In this document: positions 45,496 to 59,908 of the stretch, in pieces
Layout: every line of letters begins with the position of its first letter
How positions within the stretch are numbered: the first letter of the stretch is position 1
From: Eledone cirrhosa
Lineage: Eukaryota
Direction of reading: 5' to 3'
Length of the DNA stretch: 64,000 nucleotides
NCBI GenBank assembly: GCA_964016885.1
Contig: OZ024740.1
Location: 401,884,001-401,948,000, forward strand
Translations under genes and position numbers: made by a program
The notes under the pieces: generated by a model
What the model saw: only the letters and a program-made list of their open reading frames with translations
Told to the model about the DNA's origin: nothing
Database searches by the model: none

Positions 45496-46032
45496 CAACA
45501 GTGACATAAACAGGTGCTCAAGTTTCGTTGGGTCCTGGTCCCCAACTCATTCAGCCTGTCATGAGAATAACGAACACAAATATGACAGGCCGAATGTATT
45601 GAGGCCCAGAACCCAACGAATCTTGAGTACCTGCTTATGTCACTGTTGTAATTATTTATAAATTTAAGAATTTATAAATTTCCGGTTGGTTGGTTCCATA
45701 ACCGGACGGTTGTTCATATATTGTCAAAGTTCTTTCGTCACACATTTTGTGACCTCTTCAGTGACTGGGATTCTTTTCTTTGTTTTGTGCCTCTTCTTTG
45801 TTCTGTCCTACGCGTAGGACAGAAAAAGGTGAGGCACAAATCAAAGAAAAGAAAAGAATCCCCAGTCACTGAAGAGGTCACACAATGTGTGACGAAAGAA
45901 CTTTGACAATATATGAACAACCGTCTGGTTATGGAACCAACCAACCAACCGGAAATTTATAATAAACTGGAGTGAAAGCAGCTGGTGCGTGTGTTTCTTA
46001 TTGGCAACTTGACCCTCCCAAAGCATAACAAT
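45491..46032. mobile_element. Two adjacent palindromes: family G (45491-45652) and PLE-pLTR family C (45655-46032)
   Basis: Each is self-complementary; C centre tctgtcctacgcgtaggacaga; flanked by (TA)n. Confidence 0.88.
45864..45908 (+). ncRNA. Type I hammerhead of the PLE pLTR family in 8396-9616; inverted partner at 45722-45766 (-)
   Basis: GTCA CTGAAGA g GTCACA caatg TGTGAC GAA AG aa CT T^ TGAC. Confidence 0.8.
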
Positions 46033-46043
46033 ATATATCTATA

Positions 46044-46108
<65 letters not shown>

Positions 46109-46307
46109 TATATATGTGTTTAATGTTAGCCATGATGCTTCCATAGGCGGTATGCCAGTTGAGCACTATATGTTCATACAGAGCAGAGTGTGATATAATA
46201 TAAAAAATGAAAAAAAATCAGTGATGCATCTAGACTCAGTTTATTGCGTGTTACAATTGTAACACGCAATACACTGAGTCTAGATGCATCAGTGATTTTT
46301 CTTTTTT

Positions 46308-46381
<74 letters not shown>

Positions 46382-46680
46382 TATAGAGTAAAGCATGTCC
46401 AGAGAATTATTTGATAATATATATACATCATCTCTACTCCCAATCAGCATAATTAACGACACAAAAACTCAATTAGACCAGGCTATAAGAATAAAAGGCA
46501 TCTATGAAGAAACAGTAAATAAATACTCTACCGTGGCGTCTTCGCGTGCAACCGCTATAGAATATTTACCCTACATTTCAACAGAACGTGGAAATTAATT
46601 AAATACGCGGTCAACCATATATAATTAGGTAAAAATTAATGTTAGAAATGCTTATATACATACCAGGACTAAATCACTAA

Positions 46681-46760
46681 ATCCCGACCCTTTGGTTTCC
46701 CTCACTTTTGAGATACCTTATTTAAGGTTCATACTCGAGTTTTAGAGTTCTTCAGGGGAT
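46681..46760 (-). ncRNA. Type I hammerhead ribozyme with long, probably branched stem II
   Basis: ATCCC CTGAAGA a CTC...GAG g GAA ACC aaag GGT C^ GGGAT; canonical core, GUC triplet. Confidence 0.8.
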
Positions 46761-47149
46761 AAACACACTAGGACATATTATTTTCTGAAGTCACCCCCGC
46801 CAAACACGAATTCAAAATGGTTGAGAACTGTGACGTGGCAGTGGTTAAGTCAGGAAGGGTGTGATTGGTTGCTTAAGGCGAGTGGGTTGGTTGCTAGAAA
46901 GCGCAGCCCAATATCGCCCACATTTTTATCTCAACCTTATGGGAGATTATTAAATATAAATATTTACACATACACCAATTAAACAAAGTCACAGGTATAT
47001 ATGTGTTTTTGCAACTTTTCACGATGTGGCTCAATGGAGAATTAATAAATTAATCAGAGCGAAATACTATAGTGTAAATCATATATATATACATACATAC
47101 ACATACCCCGCCATATGCATACATCCATATATATTATATATATATATAT

Positions 47150-48811
47150 ACAGTTTGATATCAATTCATACTACACTTCTTTTCCCCTATCCTATTAAAT
47201 AAGGCACAAATTATGGCCATGAACAATAGTGACCTGATTAGACCCCAGATTGATGTCATACTTGCGGCCCGAAAAACCGTAATCACTTTTGAAGATCAGT
47301 TATGGACCCGCAAGGATACGCATAACAACTTTGACATAACTATGGGATCCAGTGACTCGGCGCAGGTCACTGATTTGGTGAGCCTATACCTACTAAACGA
47401 AATCCATAAGGACCTACCATACCTCAAGGATGGTTTGTACCGCGATGATGCACTACTCCTTATAGACTATACAAAATTTAATATAGAAAGAACTAGGAAA
47501 CTATTACATAAAACTTTCAAAAACTATAACCTAAGTATCACCATAGACAAAAACACTAAAAACGTTAACTTCCTTGATGCTACCCTTTACCTAGACTCTA
47601 AAATATATACACCATTCCATAAACCTAACGAAAAACTAATTTATGTAGATACCAAGTCTAACCACCCTAGAGAAATATTAAACTCCATCTCTAAAGGAAT
47701 ATCCAATAGAATCTCTAATCTATCTTATGACGAAACCATATTTAGCAAATATTCACAATACTATAATCAGGCATTAGCTAGATCAGGCCATTAAAATGAG
47801 ATTGAGTTCCTACCTATAAAAACATTTAGTTACAACATTATTTCTCACAATATGTCCATGAGGAAAAATAGTAATAAGAGTAATAACCATACACACGCTA
47901 ATACGAAGGGTAGCAACAAACGTAACTCGCACCAGAGAAGACACCAAAATACCATAAACGGAAACACCTCAACAGATATAAAAAACAAAAATAGAAGAAG
48001 AACTAATACATTTTTCAACCCCTCTTTCAATCTAAACGTCTCTACCAACCTACCTAAGGCTTTCTTCTCAATCCTGGATAAAATCTTCCCATCTGGCCAC
48101 AAGTACCATAGTCTTATAAATAAAAACACCATTAAAATCTCCTACTCAACCACGCCTAACATAGCATACCACATAGCTAGTAGCAATAAAAGAAAGATTA
48201 ATACTTACTTTCAACAAACTAAAACACAGCAGGGGGAACTAATGAAATCAATAGCATTAGGAGTGACAACCTTCATACCCATAATGCAATACCTAGCAAC
48301 CAGACTTCTATACAACATAATAACCGACAGGTTAACATCCAAAATAAATGTAACTGTACATCTAATATAACCTGCCTGTAAATGTAACTGTAGATCTAAT
48401 ATAACCTGCCCTTTAGGTAAAAACTGCTTAATCAAGGACATCATCTACTCATGCACGGTCAGAACTAGAAACTCTTCTGAAACCTATATAGGCTCTACTT
48501 CGAACTGCTTCTAAACGAGATACAACTCACATCTCCATTCTTTCAAAAAACTCAGTCTAGCCAACTCCACTTCACTATCTAGCTACACATACTATACAAA
48601 AACTAGAAATAGATCATATACACTTCAATGGGAAGTGATAGGTAAGGCGGCATCGTACAAACCACCTAATAAATTCTGTAACTTCTGTCTACTAGAGACC
48701 CATACTATAATCTTTTCGAACCTTAACCTCCTTAATAAAAAATCGGAAGTATTTGCGTCGTGCCAGCACCGCTTCCGACACACCTTCCAAAGCTTTAAAC
48801 CTAATATATAA
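47150..48811 (+). mobile_element. Decayed Penelope-like element, Naiad-type RT + GIY-YIG
   Basis: RT motifs FDITMGSSDSAQVTDLVSLYLL, GLYRDDAL, VNFLD, YVDTKSNHP; linker FFNPSFN, IKISYSTTPN; manual translation of 48380-48811 gives KCNCRSNITCPLGKNCLIKDIIYSC..TYIGSTSNCF*TRYNSH..LQWEVI..CNFCLLE..LLNKKSE..CQH; stops, frameshifts and a ~34-bp tandem duplication near 48346-48410. Confidence 0.88.
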
Positions 48812-50631
48812 CAATGTCAGATTTGTCATCACCACTTCTAACACCGCACCTCAAGGGCTTGCCTTCCACCACTACACCACCCTCTCTGATCTACCCTTTC
48901 CTTGACACAAATCATTCTATCTATCTATAACTTTATACCCTAGAAATATCGCCATATACACCAACTTTTAATATAATTACTTTTAATTACTTATAATTAT
49001 ATAGGGATTGAAATATAATACAGTTTATATAAACTTTAAATACTAGTTACAACAATGAATTATATATGCATTTGTAATTAAATGTATAGAGTAATAACAT
49101 TAGATATATAAAGGATTAATTTATTAACATAAGGGATCTGTCTAACTTATATGTAGTGTGGTGCAATGAATTATATATGAATTATATATGCATGTATGAC
49201 TTGATGGATAGATTAATGACATTGTAAATGAGGGATGTATTTGTTTACCCAAGGGATGTATTTAATTTTATCATGCAAACAGCCGTACGCTGCTCCATAG
49301 CTTACCAAAGGTTATGTAGACAAAATTCTAATTGGTCCTTTGATATGTTTTGAGAGTAGACTGTATTTACAGTGAATTTTGATATAAAGATATATCACTT
49401 TGTGTGGGAAATTCAATTATAGCGCTATATAATAAGGAGTAATCAACTTCGTATGTATACCTTTAATACATTATGATAGAGTAGACTGTATTTAGAATTA
49501 AATATAAATATATAACCTTTTATAAAAGGGACTCAATTGAGGCACCATATAATGTATGTTAGAACAATGAATTTAGTTATGAGAATCAGCTAGTTACCTC
49601 CCCTTACGCATTAACTCCCCTTAATTACACACCTACTTCCGGATAATAAACCGTTGTAAATTCTCGCAGCAGAAATAACCTATTCTATAAATATGGATTA
49701 AATAATGCTGAGCCTCAATACGTTACAATCATTTACTACATCAAACATTCAATACGAATTCATCGTAACATATGTGATGGATGTGAAAACTATAACTTCC
49801 TTTTTCTGAATGTGAAAATGGTGGTGGATGGGAAAACTATAACTTTCTTTTTCTTTTTCTTTTTCTTTTTCTTTTTATTTTTCTTTTTCTTTTTCTTTTT
49901 CTTTTTCTTTTTCTTTTTCTTTTTCTTTTTCTTTTTCTGCACACATACTTTTTTGATCGATACAACAAATACCCTCCCACTACAACCACCATAATACTCT
50001 TGCTTACCCGCTTAAAGTGCTTGTATTACATGTAATACATTGCCACACAAAACTCGTATATAAATGAGACACACTAGCGTGCTCCATGTATGACTAACAC
50101 ATACACTATCTACTAGATCTGATTATCGGACTATCCTCTTGCATTATCTGTGTTATCTGCCGCATGTATTTTAATTTTGATTTTAAAATTGAATTGCTAT
50201 ACAAATATAGTATAGTATAATATATGTCACCCCACTGTACATCAATAGATATATGTGTATCTGTATGTCTCTTGCGTTGGATAGGAGTCAATTATATGTA
50301 CAAGCATTAAAAAATGCTCCGAAGACCCCAAACCTAGGTTTGGATGAATCAATTGTAAGTGAATAAATGCTGTGAACATAGCTTTGATTCTTGTGAATTC
50401 TACATCCATATATATATATATATTCATTTGTCTAATATTTCTTCATAAGTACATTTTAAACTTATAACCTCGTTTAAATGATTTGTTTATGTGGTTGATT
50501 TATACTGATTGGGAGAGGAAATACTGTATATATTTTATCTAATGATTCTTTGGACTTGCATTTTTATATATACATATGTATGTATATATATATATATATA
50601 TAGTACTAATAATAAAATTGAAGACTAAAAT

Positions 50632-50676
<45 letters not shown>

Positions 50677-51666
50677 GATGTATGTACATGTATATTCATT
50701 TAAGTCCGTCGGATGTCTTAACTTAAAGTTAAGTACACCCAGACTAATTCGAAGCCAAATTCGAGCCCAATTATAAACCATAAACCTATACTCGACTTCA
50801 GACACCCTACAATACCACTCAACTATAAGTTAAATTACACATGGTTTTCCATATACATTTGCACCTCCTAAACAAGCCACCAAACCCCACAAATCGCTGG
50901 CATGATGGAGACGTACGACATCACCCTGAAACCTCCCTATTATGTAATTTCTCTGTAACAATACCATTAACATCTGTAGTGACCCATTCATTGCTCATTG
51001 TGAATCTGTTTCTAAACTCTAAACCCTCAATGCATTTCCAAAGTAAGTATGTTCGTATAAACAGAAACAGTGTTACCAAAATTAAAGTAGATACATACAG
51101 ATATTCAGACAGATAGACACACACAAACTCCTACAGACACAAGGCGGACGCACATATAAACATATGAATTTATATATTTATGTGATGAGGTCAACATGGT
51201 TATAATTGTAAGTGGATTGCTTTCTCAGGAATTTAATATAATATTAATTAGCAATATCATCCTCACAATGCACTCATATATGTACGCAATATCATTTTGC
51301 TTGTAATAATCATTCATATTCTCTCACTAAGACTAATCTAAGGTTTGATCATATCAGAGAAAAATCAGTGCCATTGTCAAAACACAAGTACATATGAATA
51401 TAGTCATAAAACGCTGCATCTAGCAACCGATTGCTAGAGAAACCTTACAAAAAGAAAAGAATGATAATTATTATTTCTAGAATGACCATTTGAATTACTT
51501 TCTCGTTGCTCCTGTTTCAGGCCACTGCGAGATGCATGTGAGTTCTTATGCTAGGATTGCAGTAGCGTGAACCTCTTGTTGCGAGGAAGGAATGCAGTGT
51601 AATTGAATATTACTTACCTCATTAGCCCATCAACTTTACGTTTCACATTACTATATATTGTATGCG

Positions 51667-51707
<41 letters not shown>

Positions 51708-52894
51708 TACTTTCAATATTTCTATTGTCGAAAATGAATTACGAAATCATTCAAGATACTGAGATTTGCAAAGAGTTTATCACAGATACACGATTGTTTT
51801 CTCATAAACATGAATACATCACCAGAAAATGGTGAACATCTTGTTAAATAGACTTAAACATCAACACATGTAACATAGCTGTAAAGAATTATATTGTGAA
51901 AGCATTTATATTCTACCCACACTCAATTTCAGACATATCAACAATTAATTTACGCACTTATTGCTTGATGCAACGATAAATGCTGTAGCTTAGATTTTGC
52001 ACAGTTTTATTTATTGTTGTTATTATCGATGTCATTGATATTTGTGTTGTTTAGCTTCATCTTAATCAAAGCAAGCAGACCTATAATGAAACATATTCCA
52101 TTCATGACCATCCTGTCCCACTCACGGGTATTGAAGTCTAGTATTATATTATTCAAAGAGCCGGGTCGTTTTAAATATGGTAATGTGAAATCTGAAATTT
52201 GATTGCTATTTCTATCACGTCATACGAACATATAGATCATCACTCGTCGGTAGTACAGTATAATGTGCGTGAGTCTTATAATCAAATTTGATTTCCAATA
52301 AAATTAGTTAGTCTCCATCTATCTACGAGAGTAACCTTAGCAAATATACATAATACATAAGCTGTAAATGGTTCTTTTTACAGGATTTTACGCATAGATT
52401 TTCTTCAGTTTCACATCCTTTGTGTGAATATTATAGTTATGGCGGACAGAGTTATCTCATATAACTTCTTTGCTTATTATATTTCTATATATAGAGATAG
52501 TTCATTTGATATTTTTCTTTTTACAGAATTTTCACTTATCTCACTGACACCGGTAGAAAAGGCATAAACGTCACATTTCATTTCTATTCTAAAACATATA
52601 GCTTTAAATGTCGGTGGAAATGAAAATGGGTGCGGTACGTATTACATCCTGCAGTTAACTCAGTAGACGACGAAGTGTCTTCTATTTTGGCTTGCTTGAA
52701 ATTACAACCAAAACATCAGTGATACAATCTTAAAAACAAATTACATTGGATTAAATATCATATATATATATAATAATTATACAATCGTGGTGAGAATTAT
52801 TGTGACTCTGATCATACGTTTGCTTGTTCAGGGCTGACATGAGATTAAACAGCACCAAGTGATGCATAGTTGTCTATCTATCTATCTATCTATC

Positions 52895-55800
52895 CACAAA
52901 TCAAAGCCGACACTGTGCGAAGGACTGTGATTTATCGCACCATTTTGAACAAACCCCTCCCCCCCCCCCCCAAAAAAAAACCCGGCTTTCCTTTCTCAGG
53001 GCGAAATTGAAATCGTCTTGAAAAAGGCAATGCCAGAAATACAATACATACAAAGGGCTAAACTATATGGAAGCATTTCGGTGCTCTTCAAAAGTGAGGC
53101 CCTTGCAAAAAAATACTCAGTGACCCCGGTCACCTCTGCCACACACACCTTTTTCCCTACATACATGGGAAAAATAACACAAAGAATAAACATTACCAAT
53201 ATACCACCCAACATCAACATCTGGTGGATTCTGGCAGGGTTCTTGGAGGGGGATGAAGACACAATACTGTCGATTCAGAAATCCACAAGAAACACCTGGA
53301 ACTGACAAGCTTGGAAATTTTGGTCCAAATGAAACCGGACAAAATATCAGAAAGGGTGCCATTAGACAATACAAACTATATACAGATTCCGGCAGAAAGG
53401 GGGAGGCCACATTGTTTTAAAGGCACAAGCACATCGCATTTAAAGGCCTCCTGTCCCCTCTTACGAACAAAAACCTCCACCCCCCAAAAAGTACTTTTAC
53501 CAATACTAACTCCAATACCACCACAATAACAACACACAAAACAAGCAAACACACAAAAACAAACAACTGTTCAACCACAAACAACAGAAAAAACACAAAC
53601 AATTCCTCTGAAAACCACAGTCCCACTTCATCTCACTCCATCCAACATACCACAATCACACACACAAACACACCATCACAACACAACATATCCCCCCCCC
53701 CACACACACACAAGCCTCTGATGATGATTCATCACCAGATGAGGCTACTTCTCCATCCACAAGTGAAGGAGTGCCTCGGAAATAAAAAAAAAAAAGAAAC
53801 ACCGCAAAGCCACAAAAACAACAATCACCAACACGAACACACAACCACCAACACAAACAACAAAACAAACACCACCACAATCAACCTCCCTTACCAGCAA
53901 AACAAGCACCATCACCGCCCCAAACACAAATTCTCACCACAAATAGAAAACTACAAACTAAAATAACACAAAAAATAAACAAACAACAATACACATACAT
54001 TAACATAAACAACAAAAATGTGATGGCGGTCATCTCGCAGGACCCGAAAGTGGAAACTGAGGGGAAAACTTTTTGTCAAAGCAGACTCTCAACCACACCT
54101 AACACTAATAAGGTTTTCGATAGAAACCTATCAGAAATTGAAAGAACAGTTTTCACAGGACGTTGGCAACCTCTGCCAAAACCCAATAAACCGTGTCCTG
54201 TTGAATGTTTCCCCACCTCACTCAACACACCGACCAGAACTGAAATGGGGATTGAACAACCCGATCTCCAGGAAACGAAAAGGTTAGTGCACCTTTTTGT
54301 CCTTTTCGCCAATTCTTCTCCACCAACATGGCTGACTTACGAGTTGGAAGGGTGAATGTGTGTGACCTAGAGATGCCCTGGAAACAGGGCCAACTTTTAA
54401 ACGACCTTAGGTCACACAGTATAGATGTAATAGCCATCACCGAGTCCAGGATCCACAACAGGCAGCAACTAGCCCCCATCTTCAATGACTTTGAGATCTA
54501 CGCATCTCTCTGTGAGCCGGGAGGTGGAGGAGGAGTGACTGTCATATTTCGGAAAAACCTGGATCTCGAAGTACATCAAGAACACTTGGACCAGGAGGGT
54601 AGAGTGGTAGTTCTAGACGTGAACAGTATTGGAGGTGGAGCCTTCAGACTGGTGGCCGTTTATGCCCCGACCGGACAATCACAATCGCGGCCAGACTTTA
54701 AGCGTCTAGAGTCTTTTATGGGAACGTCTCGGTCCTTGCTTTTAGTGAGGGAGTGGAATGGTATCCTAGATGCACGATGGGACTAAGTGGGAGCATGTCC
54801 CAATAGAGAGGGATGCAACCGTCTCAGAAATCTAATCGGCCAATTACAACTGTCCGATAGATATCGACTATATTTCCCGACTGCACCACAGTGGACGTGG
54901 GCAAACCGCAACGGGACATCTAGATCGTATCTAGATAGGCTTTTCATTAGAGAGAAGGACAGAAAATGTTAAGCTGTCCACAAATGCACATGGTTGCCTA
55001 TTCAGATCCCAAACTAGTCGTCTGCATAGTCAACCGTGATAGAATACATAGACAAGGACCCGGATACTGGAAGCTGAACGTGGCCTACAGTGAACGGATA
55101 AGTAGAATAGTTAAGCAAGAGTTGACGGGAGTCATCGTCAACAATAGATGGTGGGACTCTCTCAAGAGAGCAATTAGAGTAGAATCGATAGGGTTTAGCA
55201 GATAATTAGCTTTAGATAAAAACAAATCAGAAACAGAACTAGTAGCCAGGGTAGAAGAGTCGCTTAGGAGTGGCAACGCAGTTAGAGTGCTAGCATCGAG
55301 AACGGCACTGGACCAGTCCTGCGACGCGAAACACGAAGGCTGCGTGGTCAGAAGTAAATCACGTGCTCCAGGAAACGAGGGAGCAAAAGCTGTTAGCTGG
55401 GCCTGAGTGGCGGAAAGGAAAGTGGCAACAAGTCCACGATTCGGTCTTTGAATGACCAAAACGGACGCGTGCTACTTGACCCCAGGCAGATGAGCGCGGC
55501 TTTTCAGCGGCACTTTGCGTGACTGTTTGAGCAGAACGACGGTGCACCGAACGGGGCAATGGACTTTGGTTCATACCTCGACGGCCTGTCGCGTCTCTCG
55601 AGCATGGACGCCGATCTCTGCGAAAGACCGATCACAGCCACTGAGATACGGGACGCTCTGGGCCGCTACGGGAAACGCATATCACCCGGTCTAGATGGTC
55701 TACCCTATGAGTTTTACATAGGCATGCCGGACTTGTTCTCTGGCGTCCTCGAAGCAGTCTACTGCAATTGGCAGCAGAACGGGACAATTCCCAGTCGTGC

Positions 55801-57600
55801 AGGCAAGGGCGTAGTAACGCTGATCTGGAAAGACGAGAACAAGGGGACGAAATAAACAATTTCAGGCCCATAACTCTGCTCAACGAGGAGTTAAATATTT
55901 TGGCCAAGGTGCAAGCAACGAGGCTGGTGCTTGTCGTCGAAAACCTGGTAGGAAAAGCGCAAACGTGTGCAATCCCGACCATATCCATACACGACAACTT
56001 CCACCTCATGCGATACATCATAGAGAGGGTGGGGTGTAAACGCGGCGTCGGGGAAGCTCTGATCAATTTAGATCAGTCTAAGGCATTCGATAGGGTCGAC
56101 CATCGATACTTGGAAGCGGTTCTCAAGGCGGCCGGTTTTGGTCCCGTTTTCAGAGGTGGATCAAGGCGATGCACACCAGCATTGCTCGAAGGTCAAGGTG
56201 AACGGCTACCTATCGGAGCCGTTCGCAATCACGCGTTCCATACGACAGAGATGCCATCTCTGCTCCATTCTGTACGTATTGACTCTAGAACCACTACTGC
56301 GGAAGTTGGAGCTTTTGCAGGGCATACCTTTAGAACCGGGACTGCGAAAAGCGGAGTCGGCTGGTGCCGACGACGTAACGGTAATGGTCTCGAAAACTTC
56401 GGAAATCGAGGTAATCGACAACCTACTACAGGAATACGAAATGTTCACAGGAGCAAAACTAAACCCGGACAAGTCTGTCGGTTTGCAACTCGGAACGTGG
56501 AGAGGCAAACCGATGCCGTCCGACAGCGTCGTCGGACGCTGGACGGAAGGGCCAGTGAAATTGCTCGGGGTCTGGTTCGGTCCAGACCTCCAGGTGGAGA
56601 AAAACTGGAACGAGGTCATGGCCAAGGTATTTGGGCTCACCCAGAAGTGGCCAGAGTACAAACTGTCCTTGAAAGGTCGAGCGGAGGTGGCGAACACTTT
56701 CATCTACTACCGCTTGACTGTCGTGCCTTGTCCCCGTGAATACCTCACTAAGATTGAACGCATGCTCTTCCTGTTCCTGTGGAAGAAACAGGATCCACTT
56801 GTGAGGAGATCCGTCTGCTGTCAACACCATTCCAACGGAGGGCTGGGCATGCACTGAGGCTACGGCATCTGCAGGTATTCCTCACCGACCAACCGGTGTG
56901 GGCACTGTTTGTGAGAAAGGCCTTCCCATAACTTGTCTCCCTGACGGAGCTGCAGTCCTGGGTCAAGCGAAGACCGAAGAAGATGGGCGCCTGGCACATT
57001 GAATGCGCCCAGGCGCTCATAGTCCTCTGTCAAGCGGGCACAGCAATTAGTGGAGACTCCACTTCGACATTCCATAGAGGGTTAGTACTTTACAAGTGCA
57101 ACGACGTGCTCGTGGAGACTCTAGGCGTTGAAGACGACGAGCTCACGAGCCTGTTCGGTAGGACTTTCCGCCCGGGACTTATGGACAAATTCCAGAGGTT
57201 CCTGGTCTGGCAGTGCTACCGAGGAGCGCTACCGGTTCGAGACGAGATCTACAGGCACGGACGCCCTGGCAGGGATCCTTCCAAGAGGACGTGTCCAAGA
57301 TGCGAGCAGGACATTGAAACCGTTGTACACTGCCCGGGCGTAATTGACCTGTGGAACTATGCAGAACAACTGCTGTCGCGTATGGGACAAATCCAGCACT
57401 TGCACAACAGGCTCCTGAAGTTGAGGGTTGTTCTATCGACGGGCTATTAAACAACCCATTAATGGCGCCTCCCCCCTATTCGGGATTTCGATTGTTATAA
57501 TTGTTTGTTTTATATTTTTACACGACTGTATGTAAAATCCCCGGCATGTGTCTTTGTATTGTCCCCTTTTCTTGTGCGTCCTTGTGGCTAATAAAGAAAT
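52895..57600 (+). mobile_element. Near full-length, disrupted Tx1-clade LINE (ORF1 remnant with degenerate Zn knuckle; ORF2 APE-RT-Zn finger)
   Basis: IDVIAITES, RLVAVYAP, SRSYLDR, GPGYWKLN, SPGLDGLPYEFY, NFRPITLLN, LDQSKAFDRVDH, GADD (from YADD), KLLGVWF, GGLGM, CPRC..ET..HCP; many stops and frameshifts; AATAAA at 57590; (TCTA)n on both flanks. Confidence 0.9.
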
Positions 57601-57850
57601 ATCTATCTATCTAACTATCTGTCTGTCTATCTATCTACTGTCTGTCTATATATCTATCTATTAACAATAAATAAATAAATATATATATATATATATATAT
57701 ATATGCACGTAATTTAAAAAAAAATACTTTTTTAAAAACTAATTACTAAACTAATTTCTAAATTACCTTCCTTAAACTCTTACGATATATTTCTGAAAGG
57801 AAATCACAATAAACCCCAGGGGGGCATTTTTATTTTTATTTTAATTATGA

Positions 57851-57898
57851 CAGGCTGAATGAGTTGGGATCCAGAACCCAACGAAACTTATGTACCTA
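57851..57898 (+). ncRNA. Hammerhead with 8-nt core CUGAAUGA; other copies 45510-45559 (-) and 45585-45633 (+)
   Basis: CAGG CTGAATGA GTTGGG atccagaa CCCAAC GAA AC ttat GT A^ CCT. Confidence 0.7.
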
Positions 57899-58731
57899 TT
57901 TATGTCACTCTTATAATTATATATCTATATATGTGTGTGTGTGTCTGTGTGTGTGTGTGTGTATACCATCTTTCAATTATAACTGTGAATTCTTTGTATT
58001 TGCAGTTAGACGAAATTTCGCCTCTTTTCTCATCCGAACACAGGATTTTAACCAGTGTGATGTTATTCAATTCTTATACTCATGAGTGAATCTAATGCGG
58101 TTTGCAAATAAATGTACACCCCTGTATCTATAATAACTCCATTAAGCCCATGTGGCATTTCTTTCTATAAATGTTAACGTAGACAGTATAACTTCAGTCT
58201 GATCTGCAATGACAGATGATGAATATATCTGTTCATCGATAGAATATTTTTTATACTGTGTGTGTGGCTGAACAAGTCATGAAAGATCAGAATAGCCAGC
58301 AGATTCGCTGATGATATCCATACAGAATACTGAGCATCAAACTTCAGCATGGTTTGAAAAGTTCATTTCAACTTTAGTTGTCGGAAACTTGTCGATCGGA
58401 GCTCTGTTAATAACAAGTTTCTTTTATTGATAAAAAAAAAAAGATCTAAGAATGAATTAATCAAAGAGTTATTAGTCAAATCTCTTATTTAGATGGATTA
58501 AAATATCAAATATTGAAGTTAAAATACATCTTCCTAAAATCTTCATATTCTAAATAATGTTCATTTTTGGAGCTTTATTTTACTGTCAATAATTGAGTTA
58601 TGCTAATTTTCATTGGCAAGAGTAAAAAAATATATATATTTGTATAAATCAGATCTAGTTTGAATCAGAACGAAATAAACAGAACTGTGGATCTTTTAAT
58701 CATCAGCATATTGTTAATAATCTAAATGATG

Positions 58732-58769
<38 letters not shown>

Positions 58770-58770
58770 G

Positions 58771-58802
<32 letters not shown>

Positions 58803-59303
58803 GCACACATACATACACACACATGCATGCTGGGAGAGACAATGGATATATATTTGAATAAATTTCTGGTAAATGTTCAATATTTCATCTTATCTTGACT
58901 TAGTATTTCATGCCGTTGTCATATCGTAATACATGGAATTGCACTACATTCTACCATCGTATACGTGTTGCTATTTAATTCTGCTTTGTTCACGCATTGT
59001 GGGATTATTCATTATTATTATTTTGCTGATGTTCTTCTTATTGTTTGTGATGTTGCTGGAATTATTGTTGCTATTAAGCATAAAATGTTTATATGTCATG
59101 TATCTCTCTATCTTAAACTACTTATGCTAGAATTTAACATCCTTTTATTAATAACCTAACACAAAACTCAGTGAATCTATCCCCACCTCATCCCATTCAC
59201 TGAAAGCTTACTGTGTTTTGCTTTGTTTATGTCGTATACCGCATGATATTATCACATCAAGAAAGAAAAGGTAGTTAACACATTAAAAAAATAACACTTC
59301 CAT

Positions 59304-59373
<70 letters not shown>

Positions 59374-59380
59374 CGTAGTG

Positions 59381-59445
<65 letters not shown>

Positions 59446-59580
59446 TTTGTGGAAGTGGTGGCCATGGCGATTTTGATGTTGCTACAGATAAAATGATATT
59501 CGTGATGTTCAATATTGAAGCTGAAAAGAAATTATTATTATCATTATTATTATTATTAACTATTATTATTATTGTTAATA

Positions 59581-59620
<40 letters not shown>

Positions 59621-59830
59621 ATTCTAAGCAATGTAACAGTACTGATAAAACTGCTACACGGGAAGAGACAAACGATGATAGAGAAAAAATCGATAAATCA
59701 TAAGATAAACACATGCATATACACCACATATACACACATGTATGCATATGTACATATACATAAATGCACACACACACACATACATATATAATATATATAG
59801 GCATAGGACTGTTTGAGTTTATAACTGTAA

Positions 59831-59908
<78 letters not shown>

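Noticed and set aside
48340-48811. Selenocysteine (UGA) recoding, reported for some Naiad PLEs
   Set aside because: Conserved cysteines here are TGT/TGC, and the in-frame stop is TAA at a likely Lys position, i.e. decay.
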